Assembly: GCF_035084215.1 (NCBI RefSeq)
Contig: NC_090345.1
Location: forward strand, 25,048,001-25,112,000
Length of the DNA stretch: 64,000 bases
From: Heptranchias perlo
Taxonomy: Eukaryota
Direction of reading: 5' to 3'
Shown here: positions 40,101 through 52,689 of the stretch, piece by piece
Numbering within the stretch: position 1 is the stretch's first letter
How the letters are laid out: the number at the start of each line of letters is the position of its first letter
Position numbers and translations under genes: made by a program
The notes under the pieces: model-generated
What the model saw: the letters and a program-made list of their open reading frames with translations, nothing else
Told to the model about the DNA's origin: nothing
Databases searched by the model: none

Positions 40101-42941
40101 CAGCAGAGAACTTCAGAAGGAAGAAAGAGAAAATTGTGATGAGAAACAGGGTAGTAGAAGTAGGAATGATGATAGAAATCAGGAGGGACAAGTGAGTGAA
40201 CATGTTTGTGCCAAAGAGAAAGAGAGGAGATACATGACTACCATCCTGGGAGAGCGAAAAAAGTTGATGAGTTATAATAAAGAAGGCATTAGGAAAGACA
40301 AAACAGTGAGATCAAAGCAAACCAAAAAAGACAAAAGGGCAAGAGACACATGAACCTATAAAGTCAAAGTTAGCCAATGATTGTGCTCTGGAGCATTAAT
40401 TACTATAAAGGGGAATGTGTACACAAACATTTCAAGATAATTGCAAGAGTGGTGGCTCAATAGATAAATTATCAAGTATGAACTACTGCTGGAAATTCGA
40501 AATACAGGTGTAATCAAATCTTCTATTCCTTTATCATCTCTCTTACATCAATGTATCTTAATAAAGTTTAGCTCCCTTGCACACAACCCCGACAAGTATG
40601 GTCTATCAATTACTATAATAAATGGCATTTTAAAGCTATTTCACCCAAACTAAACTATTTTTAACGAACAACAAATGAACCTGGTTCTAAATTCATTAAT
40701 CGTTATACACTGTTTACCCTCCTGTAACGCTCAATTTTTATACAGCGGATCAAAAGTATTTTACGGGTTGCTAATGCAGAATCAAACTATCTAGACGACG
40801 CTTGAACTAAATATGTAGTCGCAGAAAAGTACCATATTTTTACACTGTTTTCTATTTTCCCCATTTAATCAAATCACTTACTTCTATTTTCAAGGTACTA
40901 TTTTACTTTCCTTTTCCCTTCTTTTCTGTTTTACTTTATATTTACGAAGATCCCTGTTGGTTGATCTTAAACCAACTATAGTTGTATAAATTCTGAACCT
41001 ATTGATTGTTTTTCCCCATCAGTCCGCTCAACCACTGGTCGCTTAGCCATCTAGGGTATTTTTTTCTCTTCATTACGATCCTAGAAATAGTAGTTACGCC
41101 GGGATCTTGGATCAGTGGAATTTTTGACCCATTTGTACTGATTGTAGTGTAGCATTAGGGATTGTAACCGCAAAACCCTACAAAGCACAGCATGCTACAG
41201 TAAATAAAACGTGAAATCATAGACTGGCTATTTGACATTTCTTGCGTTGAACTCTGTGGCCTCCCTCCTCCCCGCTACGTTCTTCCGTGGTATTTTAAAT
41301 TTGTTATAACAAATTGGTGACGGTATAGATTATGTTTTGGTAACTTGAAAATTACAGGGTCAATTGTAATTGGATCCTTTTCTAAAAAAAAAGTTTAAAA
41401 TCGACCAACGATGGACTGTCCCACTGAAAATTACCCGTAAGTGCTCAGATGTCAGGTAGCATTCGTCTAAAGGTTGCCCAACTTGAACAGGCGTTTTGTG
41501 TGTGAGAAAGAGATGCCAAGTACACCATCATTTCAGAGCAATGGTCAGAAATCGGGTATGTGGCCAGTGCTGTGAAAAATCATGTATTGTGAATTCGGGT
41601 ACTAGAGTGAAAGTGCAGAGCACTACTTGGGCATCATTTTGGAATGAATGTTAGCTCCTCTCCCCCAATGTGCAAAAGTAAGATTTTAATAACGACATCG
41701 TTTATCACACGTTCAGTAATTGCATAGTTTATCATTCGACTTGGGATATTATAATAAATCGTGGGTATATGACTTTTGTTTTGAAAGGAATGTAAGGAGG
41801 ACACAGTCAAATGCACTGATCGCATCCTGTTTGGGACGAAGCTAAGCAATACTTAAAGGCAGATGGAGAGTTATGACAGGATTCACGAAAAAGTGTCCAA
41901 AATCTACACCAGCCACGATGTGCAATTAGAGTTTCAGATTTTAACAGATCGATAATGCCATCTGTTAAAGGTAAGTTTTAATCGAAAAATATTTGGACCT
42001 TCGATCTGCTTCAGACTCGCGTTTTCACGGCTGTACCTGCAAGCTGTTGGAAGGAGATATGCACAAGTCAGTAATAGGATATCGATCATTTGAGCAGCGG
42101 CATCCTCCATGGGACGATTTAAACAATTACCCAGGCTCTCTCCCAGTGCCAATCACACCCAGCAAAGAGCTGTTATTGAACAACTGTAATTGTTTTTCAA
42201 GATATAACAAGTAGTGTATATCATATTTATGATTTCGGTGGATTTCACGATAAGAACATAAGAGGCGAAATATTAAATTAAAATGTACTAAATATGGAAT
42301 GACGTAGAAGTGATCATAGCGAAATTATTTTAAACGAAACAAAATAGTTGTTTCTCATTTTAACATATACTTTCCATAGTAGATGTGGTTATAGACACGT
42401 TTAGGAAGAGCAGATACATTTTGCAAAGACTTAACCGAGTCTCTCCATTACAAAAACGCATATATTGAGCGAAAATTATTTATATGACTCATGCACTAAT
42501 TAATTTTAGTTACTACTCTTGATCGCGCCCTGGAAAGTAAAAAAAAAGCCTGGAGTTATGTAGTACTGTGTCAGTAAACAAATACTTACCTGTACCCATA
42601 AAACTACAACGTTCTTTTGCAACCAAATTCTTGTCAATTTCATAAATTCATAATAACATCTGCCTCTGGGTTGGTTTGGAAGCACGTGGGTTAGGAAGGA
42701 GATGGTCTAGTTGTTCATTTAATAACATTATTTTCGTTGGAAAGTTAGGCTAAAATAATAGCGTAGACTAAAACAAGAACTGTGCACTTTCTTTAAAGAT
42801 TTCAATAAAAAGCCTTTAAGAGGCCCAGCAAAAGGACAATGTAACTTTGGTACAGTTAATACGAAGACCCATTAATGCAATTGGTGTTGTTATTAAAACA
42901 TCGTGACACCGACTAAAGAGCAGACTGTATTATTTACTCAC

Positions 42942-43182
42942 CAGAATCGGTGCCGATTTGGTTGCTGTTCTTTTCAGCACTTAGTTTTACACCTGTCTCC
43001 TTTAAACTCTGTTCTCCACAAGTGAGTACGTGCACATCACTGCTTTCATTTGGCCCATTCTCCTGCAGCTCAAACGGCTGGGGCTTGCCGGTAAATTTTT
43101 GGGGGTCGAGTATATCTATGATGGAGAAGGATATCTTGTGGGTGGGGGCCATCTCTTCCCCACTGTCCGGGCACTCGAACAT
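42942..43182 (-). CDS. NKX1-2: NKX1-2 exon 1 (eh1/TN repressor motif)
   Basis: MFECPDSGEEMAPTHKISFSIIDILDPQKF; donor G|GTGAGT; 241+623 bp = 287 aa plus stop. Confidence 0.93.
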
Positions 43183-46100
43183 CGCCCTCTTCCACTTTTG
43201 ATACTGTCCAGCAGGTTCAGACAAGACAGCGATTTTGTCACAAATTGTGAGGGAATGCACACAAGAATTCACTTTGGAATTAAAATAGATTTTCAAGAGA
43301 ATACCGCTCACTTTGCAATTCACACCTGACACTAAAATTATTAGCTAATACTTTAGGTTTGCAAGCATCAATGAATGATGGATGACTCCGATAGCAGGTG
43401 TGCTCGTCAGATTGCCTTTAAAAAACAAATTGCTGTGTCTCTACATGAAGGTGTAACCTCTGCTCCGGCGCTTGTACTGTGGTACTCCTCTCCTAGTTAG
43501 AAGCTGGTCTGTTGGATATCTGGGTACCGTGACAGAGACTAATAATAACAGCACACGTGGTACAGAGCCCAGCAGCAGATCAGCTATTAACACTACAGAG
43601 GCCTTTGGATATGCATGGACAGGTTCGCCACGTGTGATTACAATAATAGTTTAGCTGAACTTCAAAAGGATTTCTACTGACATCACAATATATAGAAAAC
43701 AAAGGTTTCTTTTGTTTGAGGACACTTAATTTCAGTTAACTGTTGCAGTAAATGAAGAATGTGTTAAACCATTGAACACAAAACACTTCCTACAGCTATA
43801 GTTTTTTTTAATACTGCATAGTCTATCAAAACGTTGTTTGAATGGATATTCAGTATGGAACACTCCTTAACAAGTTACTTTTTCCCCTTTCCAATAGAAT
43901 ATGTAAGATTAAGTAGCATGCATTAAATATTTAATTAGATATTTTAATTATATTTGGCAATTAGTCATTTTTATCTGAAATCTCAATTTTAACTCAAAGG
44001 TAGTGTATGCATATAAATTAATTGGATTAAATTCTTTATTTTTACTATAGTCATGCTGTCAAATATTTCCAAATTTCAGATTCCATTTGATCTTACGCCA
44101 CATACTGTAGAGAAATGCTAATCTCCTGCGACGACAAACGTATTGGCTTTTCTTTCCTTTGTATACAGTTTGTTTTTAGACATCGAACAATAATTTGTGG
44201 AAAGTTAGGCTTTAGATCTGTACCGAACTGAGGAATTTCAGCTGCCAAGTATAGACTTTCCTTAAGGTAAAGTCAGATTATTCACACAATACTTCAACAC
44301 GTTAAAGCTGTAAATGGATGAAAATGAAATAATCGCTCGCCCTGAAACAATACAAATATGAATTTATTTCTGCCACACATCACTTTTGTCCACTGTTTTT
44401 AAAGTTGGCTTCTGGCACAGCCTCAAAAACTATACATCCTTAATTCGGCCCAATAAACCATCGAATGAATGAATAAGTAAGTTTGACCTGAGGAAGTCAT
44501 TTTCAAGATAACCAACAGATATATTTTAATGACGTGTCCCCTAGTTTGCGTTTATTGACCTTTTTTCCCTCCATTGTTATTGAAATGAAGTAGATTTTCT
44601 TTGAAATAACCTGTTGTGGATAGCATTTTAAACGTCGAGTAAAAATGTTCTAAAATCCATTCGATCCAGCCCATCTGGGACTTCTTGCAAATCAGCGGAA
44701 CAATTCATGTTGCACTTTAACCGTCCATCCGGCACTGCAATTATACCCTATTGTCCGCTGTAATTACATGGATCTTTTTAAAAACATTATGTAGATCAAT
44801 TCATTTGCATCAGATAATACCTTTTTAGAGGCGTTTCCAGACGGATGGAAATGCGGAGAGCTGGAGGATATATCACATATCAATGTGATAGCCATCCTGC
44901 ACCCACCTGGCATTGCAAATAAAGCTTAAACACAACCTTACACCCACTTTTGACAAACTTCTCGACACTCATGCTTTCTTTCAATGTAACTATGATTTAT
45001 GCTTTGAAAAGAGTATCGCGAGCTTTCCTTTGGTGATAAATATGCTGCATAAAGCTGAATGTACATAATATATATCGAAACTGACCATATGTAACGTTTA
45101 ATGGTAGCGGTGTTTGGGGCTCCTAGGTCCTTTTTAAATCGTGTAGTTCAGTTTAGGATGAAGAGACGCAGCGACGCTGAATTGTCTACTAACAAATGAT
45201 ACCGAACTGCGGTATCATCATTTATTCCTAGGGCATCACGTCACTTTACCTCAGAGTGATGCAGTAGCAAGGGTCAGATACAAACTTTTTTCAAATTGTA
45301 TTTCTTTCAAGATGTTGATAAAAATAATCTTTTAGATACATTTAAGTACTTTCTCATGATATTTGAATAGGATAAAGGCTGTGGACGCTCTTGCGTGTGA
45401 GTTCCCACTCGCATTCAGTTAGTGCTAATAAATGTCCTGATACGTTTACAAGAGCTGTTATTGGTTTGTTGGTGCTCCGCAGCAACAAGGATTTCCAGTA
45501 CTGTATTTAATAAATTAAACCACGAAACAAACTCATACATCAGGACATGTTCAGGGCATTAAGACAACAATAAAATGTTATTTCATGATAGTTCAATTGC
45601 AAAATGAATTGATTCAAAATCAACGTAGAGGTCAATAATGTTGTGGTCGAAAGATGTTGTTTCAGTCTATATGCTAATGTGACCAGTTTGCTAGGATTCT
45701 CTGCTGCCCACTTATCCGAGAAATGTAATTAACAATAAAAGGCTCTGTTTCCGTTCTTTATCTATTTGTTTCTATCTTGTGCTAAGATGTCCATCGTTTG
45801 GTCATTTAAAGTTGGGTATCCCACTATTATGGACCAGAAGACAATGCACTCATCAAATGTTATAATTGAAAGCCACGTTGTCCATTTTGTTAGTTTTTGT
45901 AGGGATTTTTTCAAGTTTTGAAGTATATATGCACACACTATATGCATATACACACGACCATTCTATTGGCAGCAAATGAATTCACTGTTCTTTAAATGTT
46001 CATGTTCGGCCTAACTTTAACAAGCATTACCCACTTTGGCAAGCTGTCTAAATGGATAATGCGTCTCTGTGAATAAATGACTACATAAAGCGAGGATATT

Positions 46101-47689
46101 TCTTTGTAGTTTCAGTTGCAGCTCCTATTCAGAACTGCAGTTAAGTAATATACTAATTGTTATTCTGTACATTAATCAGAATTCGCTTTTAATGTGGTTG
46201 ACAAATATTGCGACTCTTCTGAACAATTGCAATGGATTCATTGGAGACGATAAACTAAAAATCAATGTTAAGTTGCCTTATCTTGGGGAATGTATGCTTT
46301 CCTTGTCGTTATGATGCTATTATAGTGAGCCCCGCCCAAGATCAACTACAGTAATACCAAATATTTTCTAAAATCATTTCCTTACTACCCCCATTATATT
46401 ATGGATAATGTTGTTTAGTTACTGACCAGATTACTTTTAGTGTGCTGCGATAATGCTACTACAGTCCTCAAATGGTTAATTTTGTTGTGGTGAAATGTCC
46501 TGCCTTTTGGCAGTTTTAAGTGGCTCTGCCAGGGCAAAGGATTAGAATTCAATGTGAGTGCTGTCTTTAAATTGCTTTGACGCCAGGTGGGATTCAGACC
46601 TGACCTGTCCTGATGGCAGCTGATGGCTTGAAACAAGCTAGAATCAATATTCACAGCGGGTGTCCTCTGCTGATAAGACTGTCCAAGACAATGTTCACTA
46701 TCAAAGTAGACAGCTGAGATATTACACTATTAGTGATGTTGTTTTAAATAACTTGTTCAATCTCTTATTCTAGTTAATGAGTTTTACGGTATAGATATTA
46801 ATCTGCAAGGAGAAGATGGAACCATTACAAACAGCAATACGCAAAATACAGTTGGAAATGATGATATTCAGATTTTCAAAGAAATTGTTCAGAAAGAGAG
46901 AAAATACAATGCAGTATTGAGACAGCACAATTAGAATGAGGCATACAGTGATTATTGACCCTTTATTTATTAGCTGTAAAGGGTTGTTTGCTGATTCCGG
47001 ACAAAAATCGTTAGTTACTGTATACAGATAGGTAAGAAACGTTATCTTGCTAATTACCATAAAGGGTGATTAATTGAGCATTCATGGGGAAAATAATTAA
47101 AGTCTGTTCCCTTCTATCTTGACAGGCGTCTTGCGTAATATATAGCTTACCTATTTTCTTTATCATAACATATAGCATATAATTTACATATTTCCTTATC
47201 ATAGTACAAATATAACGCCCTCGCCAATTGCCTCGTGAATTCGTGGTCCTGGTGTTCTGCCTGTTTGCCAAAGGAATATATTAAATAGGTTATATATTGC
47301 ATTGTCGTTTCATTGTTTTAAATGTTATAAACACCAAATATTTGTTATTCGGAGTTTGTTGAAAGTTTAGAAGTATATATGCACATACGATACGATCATT
47401 CTTAAAGCACCTCGTAGCAGCGATGTAACCTCTAAACAGCATTAAATATACATTTCTCTGTTTAACACTGAAACGAAAATATCATCTGTCATAAACTATT
47501 ATGAATTACAATCGGATTAATTTTAATGCGCCAGCAGTATAAATGCTCTACACCTAATTCAGTCTGTGAAATAGTGTACAATACAGCTTTCCTTACTAAA
47601 TTCTGTAATCACACGCAGAAAAAAATTGTGCAATATTATCGCTACTTTTAGCACACATTGCAGATTCCTGTATTATATTACACAGCCCA

Positions 47690-47870
47690 CCGCCATGGAA
47701 CGGTGTGATTGGACACTGAGCACAGTTATGGTTGTGCACCAATTATTGATAGGGGCTTTGGGAGGTAGCGTGAACGCATGGTGCACTGGTATCTGTAGTC
47801 CATTTCTTCTTTACTGGAATAACTAGCAACACTTTACAAACTGCAACTCCCGCAATGCAACGTCTTTCAT
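47690..47870 (+). promoter_or_regulatory. LHPP promoter with ZNF143-type sites and a CCAAT box
   Basis: ACTGCAACTCCCGCAATGC at 47840-47858; reverse ACTACAGATACCAGTGCA near 47782-47799; ATTGG near 47708. Confidence 0.6.
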
Positions 47871-47874
47871 TTCC

Positions 47875-48002
47875 ATGATGGCTGAATGGTGTGAGCCTGC
47901 AGGCAGAGTGAGAGGAGTGCTGTTAGATATTAGCGGGGTTCTGTATGATAGTGGGGAAGGAGGCGGGGTTCCAATCCCCGGCTCCGCCGAAGCGGTGAAA
48001 AG
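47875..48002 (+). CDS. LHPP: Phospholysine phosphohistidine inorganic pyrophosphate phosphatase, exon 1 (start could be 47878); later exons not found in the window
   Basis: MMAEWCEPAGRVRGVLLDISGVLYDSGEGGGVPIPGSAEAVK; HAD motif I variant DISGVL typical of LHPP; donor AG|GTGAGT. Missed by the ORF track. Confidence 0.95.
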
Positions 48003-48959
48003 GTGAGTGTTAAAGCTGCGTTAGAAGTCTGTGTGCTCAGTGGGAGAGAAAAACTCCCCGGCACTGTATGTGACTGATGTTAGGTGACACGGCTTTGGGT
48101 CTTTGTCAGATACGCAATGATCAAACATGAGTCTTGTGAGGATAGTCTATGTACTGCTAACCCTCTTGGGATGGGATGGCAAGCTGTCTCCACCTTTTTA
48201 GTAGTTTATTAGTAAACTACAAGTACTGGATCTGCCAAGTAGTATCTACTATTTCTGGCTGAAACATCCAATGTGTTTTTCTAAGCTCCGCCTTTTGAAA
48301 ACCAATCTGTCTGCTACCTTCCGATTGATTTCTTTAAATATCCCCACACTTAGCAGCTATAGTGGTATTCAGGTGGGAGTGCCTGTGGAAAACCGTCTGA
48401 ATCCAAACTGCAATGATAACATGTTCGTTTCTCATTTAGTACTACAAGCCTCCGCAATTTTGTTGTGGTTGAAATTAATTGAACAATTCCAAAGGTTTAA
48501 AAAAACAAAACTTAAAAAAAAATTGTGTGCTGGTCACATACCAACAAGTCGGCCAAAATTCATTGGGTTACACATTGGGGGATTGAAAGGAAACTCCATA
48601 ATTTCAGAAAATTACTCCATGTGACCTAAACGATAGTAGGCAAGTGGCTTCAGCATTGTAGGTTAGGGAGGGCAAAGTTGGTCAGGAGTCCACATTTACT
48701 TTTAAAGCTTGTGTGAATAAAGACAGAGCTATATGGAATTATTTTTTTAAGGTTTCCACCTCCAAGTTGTAAACTATAAAACTGTTTCTATGAGATTGCC
48801 TGTGAGTATACATTTTTATAGACTGTGTTGCTACACTAGTAGTATTAATTGAAGACAGTGGATGGTTCTCTACATATAAAACCCCTACTGATTAATGTTT
48901 CTACTTAATATCTGCTCATGGGTAGCTTCAAAGCAGCAAATGTTACAGAGGAAACATGC

Positions 48960-49915
48960 AAACATATAAAAGGGTGAGGAAAGGCCATCAGCCCTATTAA
49001 GCCTGCCCCGTCCAATATGGTGCAACTACACACAGCACTGATCCATCCTCTAATCATGTAATTTCTTGGAAGAAGCAAAAAACAAGTGGAAAAAGCCTGT
49101 ACTCAATCCAGGAAACACTCAGAAACTTCTGTCCGATTCCCTAAGGTAAAATGCCAGGAGAGTGTGGTTCCTGTAAATCACAACTAGTAGTAACTTGCTC
49201 TCAATAACCTGAAATGTCTGCTTCATTCATGCTTTGAAAGGACTGCAGCATATCCATACCCACAAAGTATTCAGGTAGTCTATTCCAGAGTGTGACAACT
49301 CTCTGGAAATAAATATTTCCTGACATCTAACTTAAGGCTTTGCCTGCATGTTTTACATGCATGTCCTCTAGTTCTAATATCCTTATCCATCTCAAATAAC
49401 TTATTTGCAACCTGAGTTCAATCTCCATGATTTAAAAAACTTCTAGCATATCATATCTAAGTCTTTTCTCTAAGCTACATAGCCCTAACTCATAGAGGCT
49501 ATTGTTATAAACTAAGAACTCCTGGGTTAGCTGTCATTCTGGTCCCCCTCCTTTGCACCCTCTCAGGAACCTCAATATCCTCGCTATGTGCAAGGGCCAA
49601 AACTGGACACTTTCAAGTGTGAACGTACGGATGCCTTCATATATAGTGTAAGTCTAGTACTCTTTGCTTTATACCTGACAATCCTAGCTGTACAACCTAA
49701 AATCCTATTTTCTTTCCCAATAGCCTCCTCACACAGCTTGTGTAACTTTAGTGAATGACCAATATCAACCCATGTGCTTTTCCATTTGTTGTCCTTGGCG
49801 TGTACCCCAAGCATGATGTAAACATGCCTGGAGTTTCCCAACCTCGAATGATCCAACATCTATCCACACTGAAGGACATCGGCCATACACTGGCTCATTC
49901 CCCAAACTTGTCTAC
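48960..49915 (-). mobile_element. Old CR1 3' fragment in LHPP intron 1
   Basis: NRILGCTAR...LTLY...VRSHL; CR1-type tail. Confidence 0.7.
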
Positions 49916-50007
49916 GTTAAGTGTGGAGCCAAAAAAGCGGTGACAAACACAGTAATTCTTTTTTCTGATGTTTAGAAAATGCTCCAGTACTTTGGTGATC
50001 TTTGTAA

Positions 50008-50396
50008 AGAAAGAAAGACTGAACTTGCATTTATCTAGCGCCTTTCATGACCTCAGGATGTCCTAAAACGCTTCACAGCCAATTAAGTACTTTTTTGCAG
50101 GGAACTCAGTAGCCAATTTGCACACAGCAAGGTCCCATAAACAGCAATGAGCTAATCACCAGATCATCTGCTTTAGTCATGTTGATTGAGGGATAAATAT
50201 TGGCCAGAGAGAGCTCAGCTGATTTCCTAATAGTGTCATGGGATCTTTTATGTCCATCTGAGAGAGCAGACAAGGCCTCGTTTAACCTCCAACAGTGCAG
50301 CACTCCCTCAGTAATGCACTGAAGTGTCAGCCTAGATTAAGTGCTCAAGTCTCTGACTCAGAGGTGAGATTGTGACAACTGAGCCAAGGCTGACAC
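50008..50396 (-). mobile_element. Deu-domain SINE (internally deleted)
   Basis: Reverse homolog of 50939-51392. Confidence 0.85.
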
Positions 50397-50938
50397 CTCT
50401 AAAGTGTTATAAGTGCAGAATTTCAATTGGCTTTATTTTTTCATATTTTATGTTAAGGAGACCACTTTAATGAATTACTGAAATGGAAAGTAATGAGAAA
50501 GGAGCATTTATTTTAAAGAAATGAGAACGGTATCTATGTTTTTAATTAAAAGACATTAATAATGAGCACAAAACTATAATAAATTATACAAGTAGTTTAT
50601 CCAACAATAATAGCACCTGTCAGAAGGGGAAGGATTATTTCCAAAGTTGCTTCAGGATGCAGTAAGAAGCTTAACATACTGTTGGAATGTTCATGTTGAG
50701 CACTGAAACAACTTCTCAGTTCCTGCATATAAATGTCATTAGTTCAGTGTGAGTGGTTTTGAACAATGTTTTGATGTATTTTACCTCTTATATTTATTGA
50801 ACTTCAACTTTAGTTTTTCTATAATGATTGAAGTAACTATTAAGGAAGCTATTATTTAATTAAGAGAGATGGATATTTTATGACTGCATGGCTGACTCTA
50901 CAGAAAATCACTGCACCCACTGCAGTACCTGGCCGGTC

Positions 50939-51392
50939 AGCCATGGCTCGGTTGGTAGCACTCTTGCTAATGAGTCAGAAGGTCATGGGATCAAGTCCTA
51001 CTCCAGAGACTTGAGCACAAAATCTAGGCTGACACTTCAGTGCAGTACCGAGGGAATGCTGCACTGTTGAAAGTGCCATCATTTGGATGAGATGTTAAAT
51101 CGAGGCCCTTTCTGCATTCTCAGGTGGAAGTAAAAGATCCCATGGCACCATTTTGAAGAAGAGCAGTATAGTTTTCACTGATGCCCTGGCCAATATTTAT
51201 CCTTCAACCAAAATCCACTAAAATAGGTTATCTGGTCATTATCACATTGCTGTTTGTAGGATCTTGCTGTGCGCAAATTGGCTGCTTCTTTTCCTACATT
51301 ACAACAGTGACTATGCTTCAAAAAGTACTTAATTGGCTGTAAAGTGCTTTGAGACGTCCTGAGGTTATGAAAGGCGCTATATAAATGTAAGT
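50939..51392 (+). mobile_element. Full-length tRNA-headed Deu-domain SINE with L2-type tail
   Basis: A-box TGGCTCGGTTGG, B-box-like GGATCAAGTCC, central domain, tail GGCGCTATATAAATG shared with L2. Confidence 0.88.
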
Positions 51393-52689
51393 ACATATAT
51401 TAAAACCAAAACATTCACAAAGGAGCACGAAACTGTTCATTTTTCCATAGTTGCAACATTCCAGTACTTTGTATGTTACAGTGGGAGCCTTGAGCTGATT
51501 AAAGGACTAATCACAGCCTTCTGCTTTAATTAGCTCCACTTTCTTTCCCTCCCCTCCCCCCTTCCCCCAACACCGGCACAAACCATATTGGAATTTTCAT
51601 GATAGCCAATACTAATTGAAATGATTTTCATGCAAATTATGGGTATATAGCAGTACAGGGTGTGTTGTTTGTGATCTGCCAGGTTCCTTTTCAGCATGGG
51701 TCATGCGCCACGTGCTGCTGCTTGCTCCCTTGGCCAATTAGCAAATTGGACTGCCCTTTTCTGTAATTAATATTGTACGGTCAAAATTGAAGAAATGTAC
51801 CTTTTACCAATTCATAGAGTATTTAATTAAACTAAACCTTGTGGAGTAATCTTGCTAAATTTTATCTTTGGGGCAGAATTGCTACTGTAATCCTCAAAAG
51901 GTTAATAATCAGTAACGTGAAATTGTTCTGTTAAATTGCCAGAGTTTTAATACTGCTGCAGGATGTAATTTGTGCTTCCTTTTTCCTATTTTAGATTGAT
52001 AAAATATCTTTTTGAGTCTATTGTAGCTTAATTTTTCCAAGCATTGCACTCATTTCTTTCATCCAATTCAATAATAGTTACAACACCAGGATGTGTTTCA
52101 GTTCTATGAATTTTCGTTCTGCAACCAGCAGTGGCCTTTGCACATAAAAATCAATGTATTGAAAATAAGTGTGTAAAATACAGAATAAATTGGGTTCCTG
52201 CCTTATTTGGAAATCCTTTCTGAACTTTCTCATGCATCTTCTTGGCTTTAACTGATTTCAACCTGACTGGATTAAAAGCTGGTCAGAAGTTGTAGACCAC
52301 TTGATGTAGTGAGTAAAATGTTCTGAAAGAACATTGGAAATATAAGGCCAAAACCCAGTTTATCATCTACTAAAGGAAAATCAGCCAGGATTCCTGCATC
52401 TGATCAGTGTCTGGTGGCCTTTTCTGGAACTGCAAAAATGATATGCAAATATTGCAAAAATGTAATGTGATCTGTGGTGGAATAGCTCACTAGCAGACTT
52501 ATCAAGAATAATAGATGGGATGAAATGTTACTTTGAAAAGATACCTCACTAGCAGGAGAGCGGAGGTAAGGAGAACACCATCCTGTTATGAGTCTAAACC
52601 CAGATCACAGATGAAAGTGCATTCTATAAACTACCTGTACAAGAGGCACTTTCAGATTACTGTGATTTGCATACAAATTTAACATAGTC

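Noticed and set aside
43183-43332. N-terminal extension of NKX1-2 in the ORF track
   Set aside because: It starts at a non-ATG codon; similarity to NKX1-2 begins at ATG 43182.
50939-51010. tRNA gene
   Set aside because: The A/B boxes are the head of a SINE; no intact cloverleaf.
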